DNA of 64,000 bases, from the NCBI GenBank assembly GCA_032718475.1, contig JAUCBJ010008068.1:28393-92392 (forward strand), given 5' to 3'. A model generated the notes under the pieces. The model was not told the origin of the DNA. It saw nothing but the letters and a program-made list of their open reading frames with translations, and ran no database searches. Each line of letters opens with the position of its first letter. Positions within the stretch are counted from its first letter, which is position 1. A program made the translations under genes and the position numbers. The DNA comes from Nemertoderma westbladi. Lineage: Eukaryota > Animalia > Xenacoelomorpha. Below are positions 52,115-64,000 of the stretch, one piece after another.

Positions 52115-52125
52115 AATAAAATAAA
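52115..52125 (+). terminator. Probable polyadenylation signals of hsp70
   Basis: Overlapping AATAAA hexamers ~210 nt after the stop, after a U-rich 3' UTR. Confidence 0.6.
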
Positions 52126-52228
52126 TTGTATAAACTAAGATCATTATTATTTGGGTAGGCCTATTCCTTGAGGGGGTTGGGTGGCTGTTCGGTACACCCT
52201 TGTGCGGGTTGGGGGCTGTTCGGTACAC

Positions 52229-52519
52229 CCTCAATGGTTGGATGGCCCACTTTGAAAAGCTCCTCAATAATGACAGGGTATTGCCTGATAACTTTATAGA
52301 AGTAAAAGTCTCTGAGTCTGTACTCCCAGATATTCCCATTGGCGATATCTCCTTTGCAAAAGTGAAGGCTACTGCAAAGAGCATTAAGACCAATCGTGCC
52401 AGTGGAGTAGATGGTGTTCCCCCTGAGGTCTTTAAAATACCTGAGTGCTTAAAGCTCATCTATCCCATCATTATAGACATGTACCGAACAACAAGTGTCC
52501 CACAAGAAATGAAAACAAA
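52229..52519 (+). mobile_element. Internal RTE fragment, same family as 58863-60658, opposite orientation
   Basis: Near-identical (about ten substitutions in ~290 bp by eye) to the reverse complement of 60277-60567; LNGWMAHFEKLLNNDRVLPDNF...PQEMKT. Confidence 0.95.
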
Positions 52520-52524
52520 GTTGT

Positions 52525-55500
52525 TTGTTCTCGGATCTGGCTACTCACCTTGGACACGGTTCGTATTTGATTTTTGTCCTCTGATCTGGCTATTCACCTT
52601 GGACACGGTTCGTACTTGATTTTTCTCCGCGGATCAGGCTACTCATCGACCTTGGACTCGGTTCGTACTTGATTTTTGTTGTCCGATCTGGCTACTCACC
52701 CACCTTGGACTCGGTTCGTACTTGATTTATTTTTGTCCTCGGATCTGGCTACTCACCCACCTTGGACTCGGTTCGTACTTGATTTATTTTTGTCCTCGGA
52801 TCTGGCTACTCACCTTGGACACGGTTGGTACTTGATTTTTGACCTCGGATCTGGCTACTCATCCACCTTGGACTCGGTTCGTACTTGATTTTTGTTGTCC
52901 GATCTGGCTACTCACCCACCTTGGACTCGGTTCGTACTTGATTTATTTTTGTCCTCGGATCTGGCTACTCACCTTGGACAAGGTTGGTACTTGATTTTTG
53001 ACCTCGGATCTGGCTACTCATCCACCTTGGACTCGGTTCGTACTTGATTTTTGTTGTCCGATCTGGCTACTCACCCACCTTGGGCACGGTTTGTACTTGA
53101 TTTATTTTTGTCCTCGGATCTGGCTACTCACCTTGGACACGGTTGGTACTTGATTTTTGACCTCGGATCTGGCTACTCACCCACCTTGGACACGGTTGGT
53201 ACTTGATTTTTGTCCTCGGATCTGGCTACTCACCTTGGACACGGTTCGTACTTGATTTTTGTCCTCGGATTTGGCTACTCACCTTGGACACGGTTGATAC
53301 TTGATTTTTGTAACGGCTCTGGCTACTCACCTTAGATATGGTTCGTACTTGATTTTTCTCCGCGGATCTGGCTACTCACCTTGGACACGGTTCGTACTTG
53401 ATTTTTGTAACGGATCTGGCTACTCACCTTGGGCACGGTTGGTACTTGATTTTTGTCCTCGGATCTGGCTACTCACCTTGGACACGGTTCGTACTTGATT
53501 TATGTCCTCAGATCTGGCTACTCACCTTGGGCACGGTTTGTACTTGATTTATTTTTGTCCTCGGATCTGGCTACTCACCTTGGACACGGTTCGTACTTGA
53601 TTTCTGTCCTCGGATCTGGCTACTCACCTTAGATATGGTTCGTACTTGATTTATGTCCTCAGATCTGGCTACTCGCCTTAGATATGGTTCGTACTTGATT
53701 TTTGTCCTCGGATTTGGCTACTCACCTTAGATATGGTTCGTACTTGATTTTTGTCCTCTGATTTGGCTACTCACCTTGGACACGGTTCGTACTTGATTTT
53801 TGTAACGGATCTGGCTACTCACCTTGGGCACGGTTGGTACTTGATTTTTGTCCTCGGATCTGGCTACTCACCTTGGACACGGTTCGTACTTGATTTATGT
53901 CCTCAGATCTGGCTACTCACCTTAGATATGGTTCGTACTTGATTTTTCTCCGCGGATCTGGCTACTCACCTTGGACACGGTTCGTACTTGATTTTTGTAA
54001 CGGATCTGGCTACTCACCTTGGGCACGGTTGGTACTTGATTTTTGTCCTCGGATCTGGCTACTCACCTTGGACACGGTTCGTACTTGATTTATGTCCTCA
54101 GATCTGGCTACTCACCTTGGGCACGGTTTGTACTTGATTTATTTTTGTCCTCGGATCTGGCTACTCACCTTGGACTCGGTTCGTACTTGATTTATTTTTG
54201 TCCTCGGATCTGGCTACTCACCTTGGACACGGTTCGTACTTGATTTATGTCCTCAGATCTGGCTACTCACCTTGGGCACGGTTTGTACTTGATTTATTTT
54301 TGTCCTCGGATCTGGCTACTCACCTTGGGCACGGTTGGTACTTGATTTTTGTCCTCGGATCTGGCTACTCACCTTGGACACGGTTCGTACTTGATTTCTG
54401 TCCTCGGATCTGGCTACTCACCTTAGACACGGTTCGTACTTGATTTTTGTCCTCGGATCTGGCTACTCACCTTGGACTCGGTTCGTACTTGATTTATTTC
54501 TGTCCTCGGATCTGGCTACTCACCTTAGACACGGTTCGTACTTGATTTTTGTCCTCGGATCTGGCTACTCACCTTGGACTCGGTTCGTACTTGATTTATT
54601 TCTGTCCTCGGATTTGGCTACTCACCTTGGACACGGTTCGTACTTGATTTTTGTCCTCGGATCTGGCTACTCACCTTGGACTCGGTTCGTACTTGATTTA
54701 TTTCTGTCCTCGGATTTGGCTACTCACCTTGGACACGGTTCGTACTTGATTTCTGTCCTCGGATCTGGCTACTCACCTTGGACACGGTTGGTACTTGATT
54801 TTTGTCCTCGGATCTGGCTACTCACCTTGGACACGGTTGGTACTTGATTTTTCTCCTCGGATCTGGCTACTCACCTTAGATATGGTTCGTACTTGATTTA
54901 TGTCCTCAGATCTGGCTACTCGCCTTAGATATGGTTCGTACTTGATTTTTGTCCTCGGATTTGGCTACTCACCTTGGGCACGGTTTGTACTTGATTTATT
55001 TTTGTCCTCGGATCTGGCTACTCACCTTGGACACGGTTCGTACTTGATTTCTGTCCTCGGATCTGGCTACTCACCTTGGACACGGTTCGTACTTGATTTA
55101 TGTCCTCAGATCTGGCTACTCACCTTGGACACGGTTCGTACTTGATTTCTGTCCTCGGATCTGGCTACTCACCTTGGACACGGTTCGTACTTGATTTCTG
55201 TCCTCGGATCTGGCTACTCACCTTAGATATGGTTCGTACTTGATTTATGTCCTCAGATCTGGCTACTCACCTTGGACTCGGTTTGTACTTGATTTATTTT
55301 TGTCCTCGGATCTGGCTACTCACCTTGGACAAGGTTCGTACTTGATTTCTGTCCTCGGATCTGGCTACTCACCTTAGATATGGTTCGTACTTGATTTTTG
55401 TCCTCGGATTTGGCTACTCGCCTTAGATATGGTTCGTACTTGATTTTTGTCCTCGGATTTGGCTACTCACCTTGGACACGGTTGATACTTGATTTTTGTA

Positions 55501-58500
55501 ACGGATCTGGCTACTCACCTTAGATATGGTTCGTACTTGATTTTTGTCCTCAGATCTGGCTACTCACCTTGGACACGGTTCGTACTTGATTTATTTTTGT
55601 CCTCGGATCTGGCTACTCACCTTGGACACGGTTCGTACTTGATTTATGTCCTCAGATCTGGCTACTCACCTTGGGCACGGTTTGTACTTGATTTATTTTT
55701 GTCCTCGGATCTGGCTACTCACCTTGGACACGGTTCGTACTTGATTTCTGTCCTCGGATCTGGCTACTCACCTTGGACACGGTTCGTACTTGATTTTTGT
55801 GCTCGGATCTGGCTACTCACCTTGGACACGGTTCGTACTTGATTTATTTTTGTCCTCGGATCTGGCTACTCACCTTGGGCACGGTTGGTACTTGATTTTT
55901 GTCCTCGGATCTGGCTACTCACCTTGGACACGGTTCGTACTTGATTTTTGTCCTCGGATCTGGCTACTCACCTTGGACACGGTTCGTACTTGATTTATGT
56001 CCTCAGATCTGGCTACTCACCTTGGGCACGGTTTGTACTTGATTTATTTTTGTCCTCGGATCTGGCTACTCACCTTGGACACGGTTGGTACTTGATTTTT
56101 GTCCTCGGATCTGGCTACTCACCTTGGACACGGTTCGTACTTGATTTCTGTCCTCGGATCTGGCTACTCACCTTGGACACGGTTGGTACTTGATTTTTGT
56201 AACGGATCTGGCTACTCACCTTAGATATGGTTCGTACTTGATTTTTGTCCTCGGATCTGGCTACTCACCTTGGACACGGTTCGTACTTGATTTATTTTTG
56301 TCCTCGGATCTGGCTACTCACCTTGGACACGGTTCGTACTTGATTTATTTTTGTCCTCGGATCTGGCTACTCACCTTGGACACGGTTCGTACTTGATTTA
56401 TTTTTGTCCTCGGATCTGGCTACTCACCTTGGACACGGTTGGTACTTGATTTTTGTAACGGATCTGGCTACTCACCTTAGATATGGTTCGTACTTGATTT
56501 TTGTCCTCGGATCTGGCTACTCACCTTGGACACGGTTCGTACTTGATTTATTTTTATCCTCGGATCTGGCTACTCACCTTGGACACGGTTCGTACTTGAT
56601 TTCTGTCCTCGGATCTGGCTACTCACCTTGGACACGGTTGGTACTTGATTTTTGTAACGGATCTGGCTACTCACCTTAGATATGGTTCGTAATTGATTTT
56701 TGTCCTCGGATCTGGCTACTCGCCTTAGATATGGTTCGTACTTGATTTTTGTCCTCGGATCTGGCTACTCACCTTAGATATGGTTCGTACTTGATTTTTG
56801 TCCTCGGATCTGGCTACTCACCTTGGACACGGTTGGTACTTGATTTTTGTCCTCGGATCTGGCTACTCACCTTGGACACGGTTCGTACTTGATTTATGTC
56901 CTCAGATCTGGCTACTCACCTTGGGCACGGTTTGTACTTGATTTATTTTTGTCCTCGGATCTGGCTACTCACCTTGGACACGGTTGGTACTTGATTTTTG
57001 TCCTCGGATCTGGCTACTCACCTTGGACACGGTTCGTACTTGATTTCTGTCCTCGGATCTGGCTACTCACCTTGGACACGGTTGGTACTTGATTTTTGTA
57101 ACGGATCTGGCTACTCACCTTAGATATGGTTCGTACTTGATTTTTGTCCTCGGATCTGGCTACTCACCTTGGACACGGTTCGTACTTGATTTATGTCCTC
57201 AGATCTGGCTACTCACCTTGGGCACGGTTTGTACTTGATTTATTTTTGTCCTCGGATCTGGCTACTCACCTTGGACACGGTTGGTACTTGATTTTTGTCC
57301 TCGGATCTGGCTACTCACCTTGGACACGGTTCGTACTTGATTTCTGTCCTCGGATCTGGCTACTCACCTTGGACACGGTTGGTACTTGATTTTTGTAACG
57401 GATCTGGCTACTCACCTTAGATATGGTTCGTACTTGATTTTTGTCCTCGGATCTGGCTACTCACCTTGGACACGGTTCGTACTTGATTTCTGTCCTCGGA
57501 TCTGGCTACTCACCTTGGACACGGTTGGTACTTGATTTTTGTAACGGATCTGGCTACTCACCTTAGATATGGTTCGTACTTGATTTTTGTCCTCGGATCT
57601 GGCTACTCACCTTGGACACGGTTGGTACTTGATTTTTGTCCTCGGATCTGGCTACTCACCTTGGACACGGTTCGTACTTGATTTCTGTCCTCGGATCTGG
57701 CTACTCACCTTGGACACGGTTGGTACTTGATTTTTGTAACGGATCTGGCTACTCACCTTGGACACGGTTGGTACTTGATTTTTGTCCTCGGATCTGGCTA
57801 CTCACCTTGGACACGGTTGGTACTTGATTTTTGTCCTCGGATCTGGCTACTCACCTTGGACACGGTTGGTACTTGATTTTTGTCCTCGGATCTGGCTACT
57901 CACCTTGGGCACGGTTTGTACTTGATTTATTTTTGTCCTCGGATCTGGCTACTCACCTTGGACTCAGTTCGTACTTGATTTATTTTTGTCCTCGGATCTG
58001 GCTACTCACCTTGGACACGGTTCGTACTTGATTTATGTCCTCAGATCTGGCTACTCACCTTGGGCACGGTTTGTACTTGATTTATTTTTGTCCTCGGATC
58101 TGGCTACTCACCTTGGACACGGTTGGTACTTGATTTTTGTCCTCGGATCTGGCTACTCGCCTTAGATATGGTTCGTACTTGATTTTTGTCCTCGGATTTG
58201 GCTACTCACCTTAGATATGGTTCGTACTTGATTTTTCTCCGCGGATCTGGCTACTCACCTTGGACACGGTTGGTACTTGATTTTTGTCCTCGGATCTGGC
58301 TACTCACCTTGGACACGGTTCGTACTTGATTTCTGTCCTCGGATCTGGCTACTCACCTTGGACACGGTTGGTACTTGATTTTTGTCCTCGGATCTGGCTA
58401 CTCACCTTGGACACGGTTCGTACTTGATTTCTGTCCTCGGATCTGGCTACTCACCTTGGGCACGGTTTGTACTTGATTTATTTCTGTCCTCGGATCTGGC

Positions 58501-58862
58501 TACTCACCTTGGACACGGTTGGTACTTGATTTTTGTCCTCGGATCTGGCTACTCACCTTGGACACGGTTGGTACTTGATTTTTGTCCTCGGATCTGGCTA
58601 CTCACCTTAGATATGGTTCGTACTTGATTTATGTCCTCAGATCTGGCTACTCACCTTGGACACGGTTCGTACTTGATTTATGTCCTCAGATCTGGCTACT
58701 CACCTTGGACACGGTTCGTACTTGATTTATGTCCTCAGATCTGGCTACTCACCTTGGACACGGTTCGTACTTGATTTATGTCCTCAGATCTGGCTACTCA
58801 CCTTGGGCACGGTTTGTACTTGATTTATTTTTGTCCTCGGATCTGGCTACTCACCTTGGACA
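52525..58862. repeat. 49-bp satellite (48- and 53-bp variants), left block, ~125 copies
   Basis: Consensus GTCCTCGGATCTGGCTACTCACCTTGGACACGGTTCGTACTTGATTTTT. Confidence 0.99.
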
Positions 58863-60658
58863 CTACTACTACTAGGATCGGCATGCTGCATTGCAGCTGC
58901 ATTTTTAAGAATGCTGTGCCGGCTTGTCAACAAAATTGCACCGCCACAACTCCCTATCACCCATGACATTTGCTAGATCATCCGCATCTTTAAGGCCAGT
59001 GTCCTTTAAGATGCGTCTCAAGAAAGTCATGGGCTGTCCAACATGCTTATTTACTCCATGAGGCTGCCAAAGTACAAGATTATGCACTGGCTGGTCCTCA
59101 CGGCGAAAGCAATGTCCTGCAAAGCGGAGGCGATTTTGTTCTAGTGTCAAGCTTGGGGGAACCAATGAGACACCTCCAATGTTATATAGTGTCTGGTTGG
59201 AGATGTGTGCATTGTACTTGACACAATGTACCCGGCGTAGCATTCTTGTGAATGTGCCATCCAGAGATTTGGTGTCCTCAGCAGTTAGAGCCCAGCATGG
59301 ACTCCCGTAGAGGAGTACTGGAACTACTGCTGCTCTAAATAATCGGACCTTAAGTTTCCGATTAATTCTAGGTGACTTCCAAATCCTGGAAAGCCTATTC
59401 AAGGCTGCCCATGCCTTTCCCTTACGTATTCGAAGGTCCTCACCTGACTTCCGGATCCATGATCCCAGGTAACAGAAGTCGTCCACATGCTCAAGCATAC
59501 CATCCTTTGAGCTTATGCTCATCCGATCAGAGACTTGCTGAGGACTTTCAAAGTTAACTGTCAGAATTTTGGTCTTCCTGGAGTTAATAAAAAGACCAAC
59601 ACTAGAAGCAGCATGTTCTAATGAGCTGAGGAGCCGCTGGGCTCCCTCTAATGATTCTGAGAGTACTCCTAAGTCATCAGCAAAGTCTAGATCAGTTAGG
59701 TACTTGGCAGGATTTCCTCGACTTCTGGAGCCAGTAGGTGGAGTTATCATCACCCCATCATCATTATGATGATCTAAGGACATGCGTAGAACATAGTCAA
59801 CCACAATAATGAACAAGAATGGTGCAAGTGTGTCTCCTTGGAGGACGCCCCATAACACTTCAAATGGTTCTGTGTCACCGTCAACAGTAGACACAAATGT
59901 TGTCGAACCATCGTATACTGATCTGATTGCTGCAATAATTTCATCAGGAATCCCATATAATGAAAGTATGCTGAACATACGTGAGCGAGAGACTGAATCA
60001 AAGGCCTTGAAGAAGTCAACAAAGATAACAGCCAGATGCCTGTCTTTCTTTTTTGATAACTCTTCAATTATCCTTCTAAGTGCCAAAATGGGCTCCATGG
60101 TCCCACGACCTTTACGGAACCCATTCTGATTTCCACGTAGCAGTCTCTCAATGGGATCCCTGATGCGATTTAATAGAATTCTATTGTATAGTTTTGCAGC
60201 AATCGAGATCAATGAGATTCCCCGAAAAGAACCATAGAGTGTTAGGTTGCCCTTCTTGGGAACTGGCACCAACTTATTTGTTTTCATTTCTTGTGGGACT
60301 CTTGTTGTACGGTACATGTCTACTATGATGGGATAGATGAGCTTTAAACACTCAGGTATTTTAAAGACCTCAGGGGGAACACCATCTACTCCACTGGCAC
60401 GATTGGTCTTAATGCTCTTTGCAGCAGCCTTCACTTCTGCAAAGGAGATATCGCCAATGGGAATATCTGGGAGTACAGACTCAGACACTTTTACTTCTAT
60501 AAAGTTATCAGGCAATACCCTGTCATTATTGAGGAGCTTTTCAAAGTGGGCTTTCCAACCATTGAGGCGATCGGCTGGTGATTCAGCCTTAACCTTGGTG
60601 GTTGGTTGGCTTTTCCGCCCAGTAAGCAGATTGATCGATTTCCATGCCTGGGATGATT
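58863..60658 (-). mobile_element. 5'-truncated RTE-clade LINE inserted in the 49-bp satellite; RT frame uninterrupted
   Basis: Open frame from the truncation (SSQAWKSINLLTGRK...) to stop at 58905; RT motifs match the 41629 ORF (GVLQGDTLAPFLF, LDFADD); (TAG)4 tail; short GACAC target duplication. Confidence 0.96.
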
Positions 60659-63600
60659 AGACACGGTTGGTACTTGATTTTTGTCCTCGGATCTGGCTAC
60701 TCACCTTGGACACGGTTCGTACTTGATTTATGTCCTCAGATCTGGCTACTCACCTTGGGCACGGTTTGTACTTGATTTATTTTTGTCCTCGGATCTGGCT
60801 ACTCACCTTGGACACGGTTGGTACTTGATTTTTGTCCTCGGATCTGGCTACTCACCTTAGATATGGTTCGTACTTGATTTATTTTTGTCCTCGGATCTGG
60901 CTACTCACCTTGGACACGGTTGGTACTTGATTTTTGTCCTCGGATCTGGCTACTCACCTTGGGCACGGTTTGTACTTGATTTATTTTTGTCCTCGGATCT
61001 GGCTACTCACCTTGGACACGGTTGGTACTTGATTTTTGTCCTCGGATCTGGCTACTCACCTTGGACACGGTTCGTACTTGATTTTTGTCCTCGGATCTGG
61101 CTACTCACCTTGGACACGGTTCGTACTTGATTTTTGTCCTCGGATCTGGCTACTCACCTTGGACACGGTTGGTACTTGATTTTTGTCCTCGGATCTGGCT
61201 ACTCACCTTGGACACGGTTCGTACTTGATTTTTGTAACGGATCTGGCTACTCACCTTAGATATGGTTCGTACTTGATTTTTGTCCTCGGATCTGGCTACT
61301 CACCTTGGACACGGTTCGTACTTGATTTCTGTCCTCGGATCTGGCTACTCACCTTGGACACGGTTGGTACTTGATTTTTGTAACGGATCTGGCTACTCAC
61401 CTTGGACACGGTTCGTACTTGATTTTTGTAACGGATCTGGCTACTCACCTTAGATATGGTTCGTACTTGATTTTTGTCCTCGGATCTGGCTACTCACCTT
61501 GGACACGGTTCGTACTTGATTTTTGTCCTCGGATCTGGCTACTCACCTTGGACACGGTTCGTACTTGATTTTTGTAACGGATCTGGCTACTCACCTTAGA
61601 TATGGTTCGTACTTGATTTTTGTCCTCGGATCTGGCTACTCACCTTGGACACGGTTCGTACTTGATTTTTGTCCTCGGATCTGGCTACTCACCTTGGACA
61701 CGGTTGGTACTTGATTTTTGTAACGGATCTGGCTACTCACCTTAGATATGGTTCGTACTTGATTTTTGTCCTCGGATCTGGCTACTCACCTTGGACACGG
61801 TTCGTACTTGATTTATGTCCTCGGATCTGGCTACTCACCTTGGACACGGTTCGTACTTGATTTATTGTCCTCGGATCTGGCTACTCACCTTGGACACGGT
61901 TGGTACTTGATTTTTGTCCTCGGATCTGGCTACTCACCTTGGACACGGTTCGTACTTGATTTTTGTCCTCGGATCTGGCTACTCACCTTGGACACGGTTC
62001 GTACTTGATTTTTGTAATCGGATCTGGCTACTCACCTTAGATATGGTTCGTACTTGATTTTTGTCCTCGGATCTGGCTACTCACCTTGGACACGGTTCGT
62101 ACTTGATTTTTGTCCTCGGATCTGGCTACTCACCTTGGACACGGTTCGTACTTGATTTTTGTCCTCGGATCTGGCTACTCACCTTGGACACGGTTCGTAC
62201 TTGATTTTTGTCCTCGGATCTGGCTACTCACCTTGGACACGGTTCGTACTTGATTTATGTCCTCAGATCTGGCTACTCACCTTGGGCACGGTTTGTACTT
62301 GATTTATTTTTGTCCTCGGATCTGGCTACTCACCTTGGACACGGTTGGTACTTGATTTTTGTCCTCGGATCTGGCTACTCACCTTGGACACGGTTCGTAC
62401 TTGATTTTTGTCCTCGGATCTGGCTACTCACCTTGGACACGGTTGGTACTTGATTTTTGTCCTCGGATCTGGCTACTCACCTTGGACACGGTTCGTACTT
62501 GATTTTTGTCCTCGGATCTGGCTACTCACCTTGGACACGGTTCGTACTTGATTTTTGTCCTCGGATCTGGCTACTCACCTTGGACACGGTTGGTACTTGA
62601 TTTATGTCCTCAGATCTGGCTACTCACCTTGGGCACGGTTTGTACTTGATTTATTTTTGTCCTCGGATCTGGCTACTCACCTTGGACACGGTTGGTACTT
62701 GATTTTTGTCCTCGGATCTGGCTACTCACCTTGGACACGGTTCGTACTTGATTTATGTCCTCGGATCTGGCTACTCACCTTGGACACGGTTGGTACTTGA
62801 TTTCTGTCCTCGGATCTGGCTACTCACCTTGGACACGGTTCGTACTTGATTTTTGTCCTCGGATCTGGCTACTCACCTTGGACACGGTTCGTACTTGATT
62901 TTTGTCCTCGGATCTGGCTACTCACCTTGGACACGGTTCGTACTTGATTTTTGTCCTCGGATCTGGCTACTCACCTTAGATATGGTTCGTACTTGATTTT
63001 TGTCCTCGGATCTGGCTACTCACCTTGGACACGGTTGGTACTTGATTTTTGTCCTCGGATCTGGCTACTCACCTTGGACACGGTTCGTACTTGATTTCTG
63101 TCCTCGGATCTGGCTACTCACCTTGGACACGGTTGGTACTTGATTTTTGTCCTCGGATCTGGCTACTCACCTTGGAGCACGGTTTGGTACTTGATTTATT
63201 TTTGTCCTCGGATCTGGCTACTCACCTTGGACACGGTTGGTACTTGATTTTTGTCCTCGGATCTGGCTACTCACCTTGGACACGGTTCGTACTTGATTTC
63301 TGTCCTCGGATCTGGCTACTCACCTTGGGCACGGTTTGTACTTGATTTATTTTTGTCCTCGGATCTGGCTACTCACCTTGGACACGGTTGGTACTTGATT
63401 TTTGTCCTCGGATCTGGCTACTCACCTTGGACACGGTTGGTACTTGATTTTTGTCCTCGGATCTGGCTACTCACCTTGAGATCACTGGTTCGTACTTGAT
63501 TTATGTCCTCAGATCTGGCTACTCACCTTGGACACGGTTCGTACTTGATTTATGTCCTCGGATCTGGCTACTCACCTTGGACACGGTTCGTACTTGATTT

Positions 63601-64000
63601 TTGTCCTCGGATCTGGCTACTCACCTTGGACACGGTTCGTACTTGATTTTTGTCCTCGGATCTGGCTACTCACCTTGGGCACGGTTTGTACTTGATTTAT
63701 TTCTGTCCTCGGATCTGGCTACTCACCTTGGACACGGTTGGTACTTGATTTTTGTCCTCGGATCTGGCTACTCACCTTGGACACGGTTCGTACTTGATTT
63801 CTGTCCTCGGATCTGGCTACTCACCTTGGACACGGTTGGTACTTGATTTTTGTCCTCGGATCTGGCTACTCACCTTGGACACGGTTCGTACTTGATTTCT
63901 GTCCTCAGATCTGGCTACTCACCTTGGGCACGGTTTGTACTTGATTTATTTCTGTCCTCGGATCTGGCTACTCACCTTGGACACGGTTGGTACTTGATTT
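60659..64000. repeat. 49-bp satellite, right block, ~67 copies, runs off the right edge
   Basis: Same consensus and orientation as the left block. Confidence 0.99.

Noticed and set aside
61860-63490. Unique indel-bearing satellite monomers
   Set aside because: Singleton indels (e.g. near 63175-63190 and 63478-63490) look like consensus errors in a repeat rather than biology.
52676-63846. MSSDLATHLGHG... short ORFs
   Set aside because: Translations of the 49-bp satellite.

Overview
AT-rich, repeat-dense animal (invertebrate-like) genomic DNA; almost all long ORFs in the supplied track are artefacts of tandem repeats. By hand-splicing GT-AG exons I find two minus-strand genes that the ORF track largely misses: (i) eight exons (40800->22765) of an extracellular mosaic protein (partial F-type lectin, TSP1, F-type lectin with intact fucose-binding motif, TSP1, 3x calcium-binding EGF, continuing off the left edge) and (ii) the last three coding exons (48612->45875) of a Slo2/KCNT potassium channel. 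An intronless HSP70 with its own HSE/TATA promoter (49948-51903, ending EEVN) lies antisense in what must be a KCNT intron. Introns hold four satellites (54, 17, 14 and 49 bp units), a full-length intact RTE-clade LINE with TSD (41118-44877), two pieces of a related RTE family, older LINE relics, a piggyBac-type non-autonomous element, a foldback element and a tRNA-derived SINE head. The most interesting observations are a ~370-nt RTE 5' leader whose stem-loop architecture is conserved by compensatory change in a diverged orphan copy at 30263-30626, and a 49-bp satellite downstream of HSP70 in which nearly every unit carries a consensus 5' splice site (AAG|GTGAGT) on the KCNT sense strand. All assignments are by eye and recalled family motifs, not database searches.
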